A stretch of DNA of 64,000 nucleotides from Squalus acanthias (taxonomy: Eukaryota), in assembly GCA_030390025.1 (NCBI GenBank), contig CM059432.1, positions 86,554,001-86,618,000 on the forward strand, written 5' to 3'. The notes below the pieces were generated by a model that made no database searches, was not told the DNA's origin, and saw nothing but the letters and a program-made list of their open reading frames with translations. Made by a program: the position numbers and the translations under genes. This document shows, piece after piece, positions 22,020-36,398 of this stretch (its first letter is position 1; every line of letters begins with the position of its first letter).

Positions 22020-24952
22020 CTGCTCCCCTGACCCTATTCCCACCAAACTGCTGACGATCCAACTTCCCTTCCTGGCCCCCATGTTAGCTGATATTGTTAA
22101 CGGTTCGCTCTCCTCAGTTACTGTCCCCCTCCCCTTCAAATCTGCTATCATCACCCACCTCCTCAAAAAACCTACCCTTGATCCCTCTGTCCTTGCAAAC
22201 TACCGCCCCATCTCCAACCTCCCTTTCCTCTCCAAAGTACTTTAATCTGCTGTCACCTCCCAAATCCGTGCCCATCTTTCCGGGAACTCCATATTTGAAT
22301 CCCTCCAATTAAGTTTCCACCCCTGCCACAGTACTGAAACGGTCCTCATCAAAGTCACAAATGACATCATACGCTTCTGTGACCGTAGTGAACTATCCCT
22401 CCTCGTCTTTCTCGACCCATCAGCAGCCTTTGACACGTTGCCCACAACATCCTCCTTCGACAACTCTCCTCCGTCGTCCAGCTGGGTGGGACTGGACTCG
22501 CCTGGTTCTATTCTCATCTATTCAGTCGAAGCCTAAGAATCACCTGCAATGGCCTCTCTTCCTGCTCTAGCACCATTACCTCTGGAGCCCCAAGGATCTA
22601 ACCTTGGCTTCCTCCTATTTCTCATCCACATGCTGCCCCTTGATGACAACATCCAAAAACACAATGTCAGGTTCCACATGTACGCTGCTGACACCCAGCT
22701 CTACCCCACCACCACTTCTCTCGACCCCTCCATTATCTCTAATTTGTCACACTGCTTGTGCAACATCCAGTACTGGATGAGCAGATATTTCCACCAACTA
22801 AATATTGGGAAGACTGAAGCAATTCTCTTCGGTCCCCGCTACAAACTCCGTTTCCTAGCCACCAGCACCATCCCTCTTCCCTGGCAACAGTCGGAGGCTG
22901 AACCAGACCGTTCGCAACCTTGGTGTCACATTTAGCCCTGAGATGAGCTTCCGACCACATATTTGCTCCATCACCAAGACCGCCTACTTCCGCCTTTTTC
23001 TTTTATTCATTCATGGGATGTGGGTGTCGCTGCCAAGGCCAGCATTTATTGCCCATCCCTAATTGCCCTTGAGAAGGTGGAGGTGAGCCACCTTCTTGAA
23101 TCATTGCAGTCCATGAGGTGAAGGTACTCCCACAATGCTGTTAGGGAAGGAGTTCCAGGATTTTGACCCAGTGACGATGAAGGAATGGCAATATATTTCC
23201 AAGTCAAGATGGTGTGTGACTTGGAGGGGAACTTGGAGGTGATGGTGTTCCCATGCATCTACTGCCCTTAGCCTTCTAGGTGGCTGAGGTCGCAGGTTTG
23301 GGAGGTGCTGCCGAAGAAGCCTTGGCGAGTTGCTGCAGTGCATCTTGTAGATGGTACACACTGCAGCCACTGTGCACCGGTGGTGGAGGAAGTGAATGTT
23401 TTAGGTGATGGATGGGGTGCCATTCAAGCGGGCTGCTTTGTCTTGGATGGTGTTGAGCTTCTTGAGTGTTGGAGCTGCACTCATCCAGGCAAGTGGAGAG
23501 TATTCCATCACACTCCTGACTTGTGCCTTGTAGATGGTGGAAAGGCTTTGGGGAGTCAGGAGGTGAGACACTCACCGTAGAATACCCAGCTTCTGACCTG
23601 CCCATATTGCCACAGGATTTATGTCGCTGGTCCAGTTAAGTTTCTGGTCAATGGTGATCCCAGGATGTTGATGGTGGGGGATTCGGCGATGGTAATGCTG
23701 TTGAATGTCAAGGGGCAGTGGTAGACTCTTTCTTGTTGGAGATGGTCATTGCCTGGCACTTGTGTGGCGCAAATGTTACTTGCCACTTATCAGCCCAAGC
23801 TTGAATGTTGTCCAGGTCTTGCTGCGTGCGGACACTGACTGCTTCATTATCCGAGGATGCAATTATCAGCGAACTGATCTGATCCCCACTTCTGACCTTA
23901 TGATGGAGGGAAGGCCATTGATGAAGCAGCTGAGGATAGTTGGGCCTGGGACACTGCCCTGAGGAACTCCTGCAGCGATGTCCTGGAGCTGAGATGATTG
24001 GCCTGCAACAGCCACGACCATCTTCCTTTGTGCTAAGTGTGACTCCGCCCAGTAGAGAGCTTGCTCCCTGATTCCCATTGACTTCAATTTTACTAGAGCA
24101 CCTTGATGCCACACTCGGTCAAAAGCTGCCTTGATGTCAAGAGTAGTCACTCTCACCTCACCTCTATTGTCCACGTTTGGACCAAGGCTGTAATGAGGTC
24201 TGGAGCCGAGTGGTCCTGGCGGAACCCAAACTGTGCATTGGTGAGCAGGTTATTGGTGAGTAAGTGCCGCTTAATAACACTGTTGATGACATCTTCCATC
24301 ACTTTGCTGATGATTGAGAGTAGGCTGATGGGGCCGGATGTCACACTGCCCCACTCCTCCCCTGCCTCAGCTCATCTGCTGCTGAAACCCTTATCCGTGC
24401 CTTTGTTACCACTAGACTTGACTATTCCAATGCTCTCCTGGCCGGCCACCCATCTTCCATAAACTTGAAATCATCCAAAACTCCGCTGCTCATATCCTAA
24501 CAAGCACCAAGTCCCATTCACCCATCACCCCCTGTGCTCGCTGACCTACATTGGCTCCCGGTCTTTTTAAAATTCTCATCCTTGTTTTCAAATCCTTCCA
24601 TGGCCTCGCCCCTCCCGATCTCTGTAACCTCCTCCAGCTCTACAACCCTCCGAGATTTCTGCGCTCCTCTAATTTTGACCTCTTGCACATCACTGATTTT
24701 AATTGCTCCACCATTGGTGGCCGTGCCTTCAGCTGCCTAGGCCCTAAGCTCTGGAATTCCCTCTCTAAACCTCTCTGCCTTTCTTTCATCCTTTAAGACA
24801 CTCCTTAAAATCTACCTGTTTGACCAAGCTTTTGGTCATCTGTCCTAAAATTTCCTTATGTGGCTCGGTGTCAAGTTTTGTTGATAATGCCCCTGTGCAA
24901 TGCCTTGGGGCATTTCACTATGCTAAAGGTGCTATATAAATGTAAGTTGTTG
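22020..24952 (+). mobile_element. L2 LINE RT region and 3' end, interrupted at about 22996-24335
   Basis: NYRPISNLPFLSK, HSTETVLIKVTND, FHMYAADTQLY, LNIGKTE and LHWLPV, with a tail ending tataaatgtaagttgttgt. Confidence 0.9.
22996..24335 (-). mobile_element. CR1-group non-LTR retrotransposon, distinct family (clade not resolved), nested in L2
   Basis: PISLLSIISKVME, QFGFRQDHSAPDL, LDIKAAFDRVWHQG, GVPQGS and WADKWQVTFAPHKC, with a 3' tail ...cccatgaatgaataaaagaaaa. Confidence 0.85.
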
Positions 24953-24974
24953 TCCTACTCCATAAATACTGGAA

Positions 24975-25428
24975 CAGTACCTGAGGCTAGGGGATAGCAG
25001 TTGTAGTTCTAATATTCAAAAAATGAGCAAGGCATAAACGTACAAATAATGTGATTGTGAGAAAGATACTTTAGGGCACTCTACAGAATGCAATCAATTA
25101 AAAAAAGATAAAGAGTCATGTCTTAAAAAACTCATTGGAATTGTGAGGAAATAACTAAATTAATAGACAAGGGTATTCCAGCAAATGCAGTTTACCTGGA
25201 TTTTCAAAAGGCATTTGACCAGTTCTTCCTGTGAGACTAGTCAGAAAGGTTAAGGCTCCTGGAATAGATTATTGTCCAGATTGATTGCAAATTAGTTGAG
25301 CAGCAGAAGATAGCGGGGTGATGAATGGAAAAGGCTCTGATTGGGAAAAGGGATCCAGTGGTGTTTGACATGGACCCGTTCTAGCACCCCTGCTGTTCAT
25401 CATATTTGTGAATGATACGGAACAGAGT
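24975..25428 (+). mobile_element. Old CR1 RT fragment
   Basis: A gtttacctggattttcaaaaggcatttgac (VYLDFQKAFD) remnant and a GPVL.PLLFIIFVND remnant. Confidence 0.7.
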
Positions 25429-27436
25429 GGCCAAGAGTTTCAGCTTTGGACACAATTGGCGACCTGGGTGCAAATTGCACTCAAAATTGTGCTAGTTTTG
25501 CAAAGTGAATTTTTTGCTCAAGTTTCCGCTCAAACTGATTTGCATATCGGCAAACATAAAATCTTCCATGAACCAGCGCAATCGGGCAGCATTTTAGAAC
25601 GTAATTTTAAAAATATTCCGTGAGATATTTAAGAGTGGTAACCTGGTGCAGTTTTATTAATATAGCTGGGTTTATCACAAAAAATAAACATTTTTAATCT
25701 GAGTGTCCAGTTCATCACCTGTGAGTAGCCCGATTTTAAATAACTGAAAATGACTTCAAAAACTATACCTCCTGCACTTCTGCTGGGGCAGTCTGGGCCA
25801 GCTGGAGTTCAGGCACCATATCGGGTGCTAGTTGAGGGGGTGGCAAGGGAGGAGATTTGTTGACATCCTGAGAGAGATATGCACATTTTGCAACCATTCC
25901 GCCAACCTCCCTCCCCTTGGGGAGGTGACACCAGTCCTGCTGGTCTGTGAGAGTGTATCTGGCCGGACTGCCAACACATCACACAATTGTTGCCGTGCCT
26001 CCAGTATCCTCCCTTTCATGGCTGGCCCCTGGAGTTGCGCATCTTTGTCCTGCTGAGCAGAGTTTGGAGAGGACAGTGTCCTCCAGCAGATATTCTCCTC
26101 AGCTGTCGCTACCACCACTATCTGCTCCTGCTCAATTGTGCCGTGAGATGCACCTAGTGCCGGCCCATCTAGCTGACTCAATGTAACAGTCTCTGCGCTG
26201 GTGCCTGCAACACATGTATTGTGTGACGGTGCGTCCTCAGGAGGGATGAATTTCTCCGAGGGCAGGGGCTTGTGCTGTGCATGTGAGGTCTCTGGAGGAA
26301 AGAAGAAAGGATGAAGATTTAGTAATGGTAGTAAGAAAATGTAGATGTGCACATGAAGCACTTAACCATAGTGGTTGATGTGTTGAAGTAGGCTGAAGGT
26401 GCAGTTGGTTGTGTGAGATGCGTGTCTAAGCTGAAATCAGGTACCCTGCTCTGCTGATCCGCCAATCCTCACCATCAATACTGAGGATGCTAGAGGCACT
26501 GCTTATCTCAAGGGCATGCTCTTCCGCTGGGGTCACATCCATGAAATCTGGGGATCTTCCGCTGGTCCTGGCCCTCTATTTCAAATTGTTCACTCTCTTC
26601 TGCAAAAGTGGTGGGACAGCAGTTTGAGGAATTAGTGAGGATGTGTGCTTCCTCTGGATGTAGTGCATAAGGTGAAAGGGAGAATCAGACAGTTGTCATA
26701 GGAGTGTGGATGTCATGAGGCTTTGGAACGTGGCTACAATGAGAATTGAAGAGGTCTGCTGAGAATAGGTGCAGGTCGTGCAGCTCAGATGAGACGAGAT
26801 GACGATGGAGTTATTGGCAGCAGCGAAAGGAGGAAGCGAGAATTTAGCATGTGTAAGGAGTGAGGATAAGAGGTGGTGCGGTGTACCGTTGCGATTGGTA
26901 CTGAGGAAAGTGATGCAGTGGTGAGGAGTGGTATGAATGGTGTAGGAGGGACTAGAGGGAGTGGAAGGAGGTGCATCACAGGAGATGGGTAAAGAATGAT
27001 GTCTGCTGACCTTTCCTGACCTAATCAGGTCATTGAAACATTTCCTGCACTGGATCCAGGACCTTGGCATGATGCTCCTGCTGCTGACCTCCTCAGCCAC
27101 CTCTATCCAGGCCTTTTTCCTTCCACTTGTGGGGAACAGCATATCCCTCCTGTACCTCACTGCACCCAGCAGGACTTCCGGGGAAGCACCCGAGAACCTG
27201 GGGGGGTCACCTTGCAGAGGCGGACTGAGGCTTTCAGTAATGGCTGGGAAATTGCGTCATGCAGGTGGGCAGCATACCCGTAGATGCGTGATCATGACAA
27301 GAAAACAGGAAGCCTTATTTAAATGATGCCTGGCCGTTAAAATCAGCCAGAGTTGCACGTTGCGAGATGTTGCGTGCTCGTCGTCCACTACCTCCCTCAA
27401 ATGCTCCATTCCCGCCTCCAAGTAAAAATGAGGGCC
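25429..27436 (-). mobile_element. Harbinger relic carrying a decayed Myb/SANT-like gene
   Basis: The minus strand has PRFSGASPEVLLGAVRYRRDMLFP..KKAWIEVAEEVSSRSIMPRSWIQCRKCFNDLIRSGK followed by a GT donor at 27010. Both termini begin ggcc, but the flanking 3-mers do not match. Confidence 0.75.
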
Positions 27437-28829
27437 TAGGTATATAGAAAGTAGTCAGAAAGATGGGTGCAGCAAAAAGTGCATGCCACAGTCCATTTTT
27501 CCAGAATTGGCTTAAAGACTGGTCTTCCTTATCCTTGGCGCCGTAGGTGATAAACAGTTGTCATGTTTGGTAAAAGGGACTTGGTTAAAAAAAAGCCAGG
27601 ACCTTATGACATCCAAATAGTGGAAGTGACATTCTAATTCAGAGTTATAAAGAGATAGATAAAGTGAGGAAATTTTATGATCCTAAATGGAAGTAGGAAA
27701 TTGCCTTTAGTTGGAAACTGAGATATGTCCTAAAAACTGCTTGAAGAAAATGAAAAATTTTATAGGGTTGATCAATGGATAGCTTACTAACCCACCAAGC
27801 TGAAATCAGTCACTAGAAGTACAATTTTTCATGGTAGATCTATAAGATTACAGTGCAAAGAGGTCTAAAAGAAGGGCACGTTAACTTGTTTAGGACCAAT
27901 GACAGTTTGTCAGGAATCAGTTTCCAGATGGTTTTCAGCTACCAATGGGCCTCTCCTTATGCAGGCTGATGGAAAAAGATAATGGAATCTGAAATTCCAA
28001 ATGATGCAGATGAATAGAGCTGGATTTTAGCAGTAGTTAAAAAATATCTTGCAGATATCTGTGGATGTGAGGTACACCACAAGACACAGAACTGAGACAT
28101 TAGGTTCAACACCACTGGACAAATCTCTTCCACTTGATGTTATAAACATGATTACTGGATGCTCATGCGTGCCCACTATGGTTGATGGTCTATAAATCTT
28201 GCCATTTTAATAGCCGGACCATTACCAGAAGTCTTCTGAATCCAGATTTAACTTGGAAATTGAGAGAGAAGATTTCTCCTGTAAGATAGTGACACCAAGC
28301 AAATACTACTCAGTGCTAGGATATCCAAGATTCACAGTTTATGAGAACCATAAGATCTCACTGACACCAGAACTTCCTTGTTCAGTACTGGTTGGTGTAG
28401 ATCTCTTCTTTCCCACTGATGTGGGTCTTTAAGGTGGGTACAGAATGGCAAATGGTCTCAGCCAACTCAACCCAATCCACACCAACAAGGTTGATCACTG
28501 GTGTGATATCAAGTTAGATGATTGGCCTGTGAAAAAGAACAAAAATGGTAAATCATTCTGGATAATAATTAACGGGTATGCCTGACCACCAATAAGAGGG
28601 CAGAGAGGAATTTTGGAGGATTTCTGATTTGGTTGCAGGTCTTTTTTTTTGCCTCTCAGAGTGGTCCCTGCTGAAAACAGAGGCCTGAAATGGTGAATCT
28701 CCAGTCAAAGGGAAAATACCACTAAAACTATAAATATCTCCAACAAGGGCAGAACTTATTTTTAAAACTATTACCTAGTTAAGGGTAGGATGTACTTAAA
28801 GCATTCCCAACATTCTTCTTTATGTTCAC

Positions 28830-29392
28830 CTTTGTTACCTCTAGACTTGACAATTCCAACTCCCACATTCTACCATATGTAAACTTGAGGTCATCCAAAA
28901 CTCGGCTGCCCGTGTCCTAACTCGCACCAAGTCCCGTTCACCCATCACCCCTGTGCTCGCTGACCTCCATTGGCTCCCGGTTAAGCAATGTATTGATGTC
29001 AAAATTCTCATCCTTGATTTCAAACCCCTCCATAGCCTCGCCCCTCCCTATCTTTGTAATCTCCTCCAGCCCCACAACCACCACCCCCCCCCAACCCCCA
29101 CGATACCTGCCCTCGAGTATCCCTGATTATAATCGCTCAACCATTGGTGGCTGTGCCTTCAGTTGCCTAGGCCTAGCTCTGGAATTCCCTCCCTAAACCT
29201 CTCCGCCTCTCTACCTCTCTTTTCTCCTTAAGACGCTCCTTAAAACCTACCTCTTTGACCAAGCTTTTGGTCATTTGCCCTAACGTCTCTTTATGTGGTT
29301 CAATGTCAAACTTTTTGTCTTATAATACTCCTGTGAAGCGCCTTGGGACGTTTTACTTCGTTAAAGGCGCTATATAAATACAAGTTGTTGTT
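28830..29392 (+). mobile_element. L2 LINE 3' fragment
   Basis: LEVIQNSAARVLTRTK..PITPVLADLHWLPV and the L2 tail ending tataaatacaagttgttg. Confidence 0.88.
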
Positions 29393-31525
29393 TGAAGCAC
29401 TATTCACATTATTGGCACCAATTGTATTATACCTGTTTTTTTCCCAACAGGGTAAACATAAATATCAATATTTGTACTGGAGCTGAGATGCACCAAAGTT
29501 AATACTGTAAAAGCTTCCAATTAAACAAATGTTAGCTGGATCTGATGTCAATGGCTCTTGCACCTGCAATGCAACACCATATTTACTCTCAGACTCTCAG
29601 CCAGATTGTGTACCTGAACGTTCAGAGGTGAAACTGCCTCTGCAAATTTTCATCTTTGGGCCTTTTGTAGCTCCACAATGAAACTCATGGCTGCTCTCAA
29701 CAGGCTTGGGATCTACTGTACAAAGGGGTGAAACAGGCAAAATTTCCAGTCGATCTGAATTCTACACCAGATTCTAATCCCCCTGCCACAAATCCACCTG
29801 GGAGCTCAAATTTCTAGAGGCTTCTCTCTTAAACTGACTGCGTCTTCCAACTATATTCAAAATAGGAAGAGTTCTGGGTAAAAATATTTAAGCAAATTAT
29901 GTGCACGTATGCCGACATGACTTTTGTGGGTAGCCAGGAAGGGTCATTCTCTTGCGCTGCAAATTTAGTAGCTCACGGCCACTGGCATCCATACTGACAG
30001 CAGCACCTAAATGGGAGCTTTATTTATTAAAAAAGGATTAATTTGTTATATTTATAGATGAAAATGGGCTGACACCACAAATAAGTTATGAGTAACACTA
30101 AGCATTTGTTTATTTTGACTGAAGCGCTGCTGTTTTCTGCATTTTTATGGGCAATATTTAATACCACATTCATAAACAAGTTTTAGCAAACAGAATTACT
30201 CTTGAACATTATATTTTATTAGATGTATTTCCCAAAATCAGAATTAATATGTAATTATGATTTTTAATTCAATAAATTCACATAAAAATTATGTAATTCA
30301 TTCATAAATACCTATTTTAAACCCTCAACTGATCCAAATCCTTTGCTACTTGAGAAAAAAAGAATTTGCATTTGTATAGCATCTTTCATGTCCTCACGCC
30401 ATTCCAAAGCGCTTCACAACCGATTGTTTACTTTGTTATTCAGGTTTCAAAGTTCTGTGTCCTGTCTATCTGTGAGCTAGTATATGAATATTCTATGTAC
30501 CAATGGAGCGAGATGGCTACATGCTTATAATTCCCTACACACCCAGTTTGTGCTCTAAGATAGGCCACCAGGAGAAGTAGCCTATAAAACGAAACTAAGC
30601 ACAGATCCAGTTAAAAGGAGGAAAATAAACTGGAGGACAATTTAACCAGGCTTCTAGTATACCCCTTCTAGATGGCATTTGCAGAATACCATAAGCAACA
30701 GAGAACAAATTCCCTTCCATTGAGCTACGGAATGGTGTTGGTATAAGAGGGGCCTAGAAAAGAATTGAGAAAATAACAAAAATGTATACAGCCTATTTTC
30801 TTCTCACCAATTTTCTCTCTGTCTCTTGAACTCCTTGCTAGGGTACAGTTCCACACACACTGATTGCCATCTAATACATCTGGGTAAGAGAAGCATTTCC
30901 TGCTTAAGTTGTTTGATAGGGATCAAAAAACCCTAATTTTTCTTGCCCTAACCAGAGGCACTGAGGGTAATTGTACCATCCACCAATGCCATAGTTGAAA
31001 TGAGCTAACTTAAAATGGGTCTGCATGGTCTGTGTAGCTCAGTTACTCAGTGGATAAACTTGCTGAGCTATCGGAAAAGTGCAAACGTAAATGCTTACAA
31101 ATGTTTTTGTGTATGCAAAGTACAATATGATACATGAACTGCTACTCCAAACTTAATCCACAACCTGAGGCTCCCTCAATGGCTCAGCAAGTCTATCCCA
31201 AATGTGTAGATGGCAATGTAGAAAAAATTATCCTTATCCATGTTTTTAAAGATAGGACTACTTCTGATTGGCAACTGGAGAAACTAACCTGCAACATCCA
31301 ACTGTTTTAGTAAGGGTAAACGTGAGTGATTCCAGCTACCATACATAACATTCTTGGACTACTATCAGACTGAAAGGAAGGCTCTTCAGAAGTTGTCACT
31401 TGCTGCCCACTAAAAAACTGGATGAGATTCTTAGTATGAGTGTAGAATGAAGCCCAAGAAGATGTAGTAGAATGATATTTAACCTTACTCAAAAGTGTCC
31501 TACTTACTAGGTGACTTACTTTTGA

Positions 31526-31857
31526 GGGCAACACGGTGGCATAGTGGTTAGCACTGTTGCCTCACAGCGCCAGGGACCCGGGTTCGAATCCGGCCTCGGT
31601 TGACTGTCTGTGTGGAGTTTGCACATTCTCCCCGTGTCTGCGTGGGTTTCCTTCGGGTGCTCCGGTTTCCTCCCACAGTCCAAAGATGTGCGGGTTAGGT
31701 TGATTTGGCTATGATAAATTGACCCTTAGTGTTAGGGGGATTAAATACGTGGGGTTACGGGGATAGGGTGGGATATGTGTCGGTGCAGGCTCGATGGGCC
31801 GAAATGGCCTCTATCTGCACTGTGGGGTTTCTGTGATTTCTGTGATTCTGTGATTAT
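31526..31857 (+). mobile_element. tRNA-derived V-SINE (HE1-like)
   Basis: A box (tggcatagtgg), B box (ggttcgaatcc), V-domain (gtctgtgtggagtttgcacattctccccgtgtctgcgtgggtttcc) and a CR1-like tail with tctgtgat repeats. Confidence 0.9.
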
Positions 31858-32624
31858 ACAGATTAGCTATTTTGCCATAGCATCAGATATGAATAGTAAT
31901 TTATCAAATTCACATCAGTCTGGTTGGATTCAAAACCAGGTGCCAGATATGAGAACACAATGGATAGCATAGAGCACTCAGTCCCCAAGTACCAAATTTA
32001 AACATAATAAAAATAAACATCTTGGAGATATGAAATGCGATACATTAATAAGCCTATTGATATAATTCATTTCATGTCAACTTTACAGCTCAATCTAATT
32101 TTTTGATGGTTATAGGTGCAACCTTTGAGTTACTTCATAGGTCTTCATTTACTACTAGCCCAGTAATCATGCTAACCTTACATGTTACTCAAATGTCTTT
32201 TCAGGTTTTCATGGAGAAAGATTTTTAAAAGTGTTTTCTACACTTCATTTTTTCGGTCACATGCGCAAACCAGCATCTGACTGGCGGGTGACTACAAGGT
32301 ATCATTTCAAAAATGTTGCTGCAGTACAGTAAACTAATCCGTTGAAACTTGGTGCTTGTTTTTGTCAAGTTATATTTGTATTTTAAAAACACAAGACATT
32401 TCAGATAAGAGCAATAAACTTAGAAATCCATGAGTATATTTGGCAATGAATGATTTGTCTTAAGCTTGGACATTGATTCAGCACATAAGAGTTGTTTAGT
32501 GCCTCATAAACTTGGGGGATTCCTAAATTTATAACTTTGAAAAGAACATTAGTGCAATGCAACATAATATATACTATAAAGAACTAACTACAGATTGTAT
32601 TTCTCAATAAATTAGCAGTATCCA

Positions 32625-33363
32625 TGCCGTTGTTACTTTCAGACTCGACTATTCCAATGTTCTCCTGGTCGGCCTCCCATCTTCCACCCTCAGTAAGCTT
32701 GAGTTCATCCATATTCTATATTTCTTAAGGCTAAAGGGATCAAGGGATATGGGGAGAAAGCAGGGACAGGGTACTGAATTTGGATGATCAGTCATGATCG
32801 CATTGAATGGCGGAGCAGGCTAGAGGGGCCGAATGGCCTACTCCTGCTCCTATCTTCTATAATTCTATGATCCAAAACTCTGCTGTCCGTATCCTACACC
32901 TCCACGCCCCCTCCCCCCACACCCAACCTAGTCCCATCACCCCTGTGCTCGCTGACCTACACTGGCTCCTGGTGCAGCAAGGCCTCAAAGTAAAATTCTC
33001 ATCCTTGTGTTTCAAATCTCTCCATGGCCTCACCCCTCCCTATCGCTAACCTCCTGCAGCCCTACAATCCTCCAGGAACTCTGCCTTCAATTCTGGCATA
33101 TTGTGCATCCTGGATTTCCTTTGCCCCATTGACGGGCCTGCCTTCATCTGTCTAGCACTGAAATTTCCTCCCTAAACCTCTCTACCTCTCTCCCCTCCTT
33201 TAAGACACTCCTTAAAATCTACCTCTTTGACCAAGCTTTTGGTCACCTGCCCTAATATCACATGTGGCTCAGTGTCAAATGTTATCTGATAACGCTCCTG
33301 TGAAACACCTTGAGACGTTTTACTACATTAAAGGGGCTATAAATGTAAGTTGTTGTTGTTGTT
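32625..33363 (+). mobile_element. L2 3' fragment with a CR1 tail inserted at about 32711-32869
   Basis: The L2 tail is interrupted at atcca|...|atcca by a CR1 3' end (aatggcctactcctgctcct). Confidence 0.85.
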
Positions 33364-35029
33364 GATAGCCTTACCAACATTTAATTGTCTTGTATTAACA
33401 ACTTGACACACGTTCATGGTCTGAAGCACACAGATGGAAAGACATAGTTAGAATTTAATAGTTACTGCCAACACATGTAATAGATCTAAAACTTATTAAA
33501 ATCCCACCAGTACAATTAAAATAGCAGGCCATAAATAATAACAGATACAAGGGCTAAAGACACTTTGAAAGCAACTGCTCCTTCACAAACCTTCCACTCG
33601 TTTTCAGATTCTCAGACTGATACAAATGAGTGGACTCACATCTATAAAATGACCTGATGTGATACAATTTCCAACAGTATAACAAGAATATTTCTCGTTT
33701 ATTTTATGCATTATAGGGTAGAGCTTTTGGAACAAGCATGAATTGGGCAGGAACAGTGTTTGGAGGGACATCCACCTGATGTACTGTGCATGGCCTCTCC
33801 CACTGGATCTTCCATTTATGTCCCACTTAGTTAGGCATGGTGAGCACCCCCATGTGGAGGAAACTGCCCATGGATCTTGTAAGCATAAAGGGTGGGATTC
33901 GAAGTGCTGCTGCAGCAATTTACATTTAAAGGGTTGCAGCAGCAAAGTGTCATTTTTTTCTGTCCCCCCCCACCATACTGCAATCTGACAAAACTAGGCA
34001 TTGGAAGTGAAAAATGAAATTGCAACTGCCTAATTTGATAAAGAGTCCACAAACAAGGAAAGTAAGTACACAGTATGAGTTTTATCACAAATCACAAGGT
34101 TGTGAACTCATGAATTAAGCATTTTGTATTGTAATAATTGTGTTCTGTCTTTTTCAATTTAAAATCACTTGTTTGCATTTGCACTGAAGAGCATACTTAT
34201 ATTATGTCTGAAATTTGTATGGTGGTGAGTTTTTATTACAAAGCGACCTCAATAGGTTGCAATGGTAGTGGTGAGCACTGTTTCTGGGAGTGGCTTCTAG
34301 CGGGGTCCCTTTAAGGGTCATTGGTTAGGCCGCTCTATGTGCAGTACCAATAGGTGGAGTGTATGTGGTGCAAGCACAATGCCTAAATTGCATTAGGGTC
34401 GTACATAAAACTCCCGCAAGTTTTGGGCAGGAGCGCTGGCCGCCATTTTGAGTCCCATTTGAAAGTCAAGTCTTGGGCAGCCAGTGGGTGGTAGGTTTTC
34501 TTTTTAAGATTTTTGTTGGACTAACACCCCATGTTTTAGTATGAACAGGGTGGTAAGTAGACAAAAATCATCCCCATGGACTTAGTTGCAGATTGTTCCT
34601 TGAGGTGCTGAAGGATGGAGTGAGGAAAAGGGGGATTGTCCTGGTTCATACGAAAGGACACTCTCATCACAGAAGAATCATTAGCCTCACAAGATAGCTG
34701 ATCAGGAAACTGCTCTCGGCTGCAATGTGGCAGAAAAGGTACTGTTAGCAGATTCTTAAGGCTCTTCTGTCCCAATCATGCAATCCACAAAGAGTGTCCT
34801 CAGAATCTGTTAATCTTTTACAGCTTGTCTCTTCAAAGCTATTATGCAATTTTATAGCCCTTTAAATGATTATCACACATAACCATATAGCAGCATGGCA
34901 CGCAAACAGGTTGCAACTTACATGTGGAACTGTTCCACTTAAATCTTAATATTATTTCATACTGCAAACGCTGCTAACAGGTCCCAGATGCATGATGCAC
35001 TGTCAGTTACTGACACACAGGTGCAAGAT

Positions 35030-35480
35030 GACCACATCAATTCATCAATGACCCCCTGCACTTTGTGAAATGCTGCAGTGTATTGAAATTGGGCAGCCGT
35101 GTCATGCTGCTGTTGCTATTTAGCAGGAAAGATAATGAAAGTGCTGAACAATGCATCAGTCACTTGTTTGATACTTCTGTAAGCAGCCAATTGACTCATA
35201 ATGCAGCTGATCGCTATGGTAGCCTGCAGAAGGACATCTTCAAACATAACAGTTGAAGGAGAAGATATATTGCCCTTGGCACAGTTTTGCAACTGCCTCC
35301 ATACTGTCCCAGAACATCAGGGGCAGTTCCCTCAGTCATTGCTAGGAAATATGCCAGGGTCTGCAGATATTGTTGATGGCACGTGTGGACAGTCCAGCTC
35401 TGGTGCCAGAGCTCGTTGGTATGCTTTCTTCGATGTGCGTCATCTTCAACATAAAAACTCCATGCTTACAGAAAAATTGT
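35030..35480 (-). pseudogene. Highly decayed Harbinger (HARBI1-like) transposase fragment
   Basis: Manual minus-strand translation across frameshifts gives SQLAAYRSIKQVTDALF..FIIFP..QQQH..AAQFQYTAAFHKVQG(V)ID, resembling the Harbinger transposase N-terminal half. Confidence 0.55.
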
Positions 35481-36398
35481 CATTCAAAAAACTGCCTCTG
35501 TACCTTTAAGAGCTCTTTTCACCACATGAAATTTTGTTATCAGCCTTTAACTCCCACTTACAATGTGCAGAATTAATGTTCGGTGGGACTTCCACTTAAA
35601 AAAAAACCAGAAATTGGAGGGCTGCATCTTGGTGCCCTCATTAGTACAAGATTGTGCAATTAGTGAAAAAACATGAACAGGAAATCCGAAGTGGAAAATG
35701 CCATGGTGCGCATTATGAGCAGGAACTCAACGAGATCAGTAAACTACAGTTTTCTGGTTCCTGCTCGCTCATTTAGCGTGGGCAGGGTCATTCCCACTGA
35801 TCTTAAAATCCACTCATATTCTATAAAAGAATAAGGGAATTAAAAAGCAGCTGTCTTTAGCATAAGGTTATTTAATTATCAGCTAAGTCATAATCATAAT
35901 ACATAAAGGCCTAGAAATTGAAGGTGTTAGCGCTGGCCATTAAGGCCCATTTTGGGAAAAAAATTGTCGGCCACCTCACTTCCGCCTGCTGTCGGCGGGT
36001 CCTGCAGCGGCCGCCATTTTCGGCTGGACAGCAGCGCTGCCAATGTTTGCGCTCGCTGGGGTATGTAGATTATGCAGATCGTGATGTCAGTGTGTGTGCA
36101 ACGCTCACCTGACGCCCGTCTGCCATTTTCGTGTTCTCCAGTCACCGGCCTGTGTTAATTACGACCAGCTGACCAAGCGTTCACAAGCAGGAAGGAGCCT
36201 CCAGCAGCAATATTTAAAGGGATCATCAGCAACAACTTGCAGCTGATGTGCTTTTTCAGTTTGATTGGCTCTGTGTAACTTTCTGCAACCCTCTTGCAGC
36301 TTTCTAAACTTGTTTCAAGTTCCTAAGGTGACAGTGAGTGTTGGTGGAAGTGGAGATTCTTATTTAAAGGCTTATGCTCACAACACTTGCTCATAATC

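Noticed and set aside
31526..31600. tRNA-like A/B boxes (also at 58661)
   Set aside because: They continue directly into the V-domain and LINE tail, so they are SINE heads and not tRNA genes.
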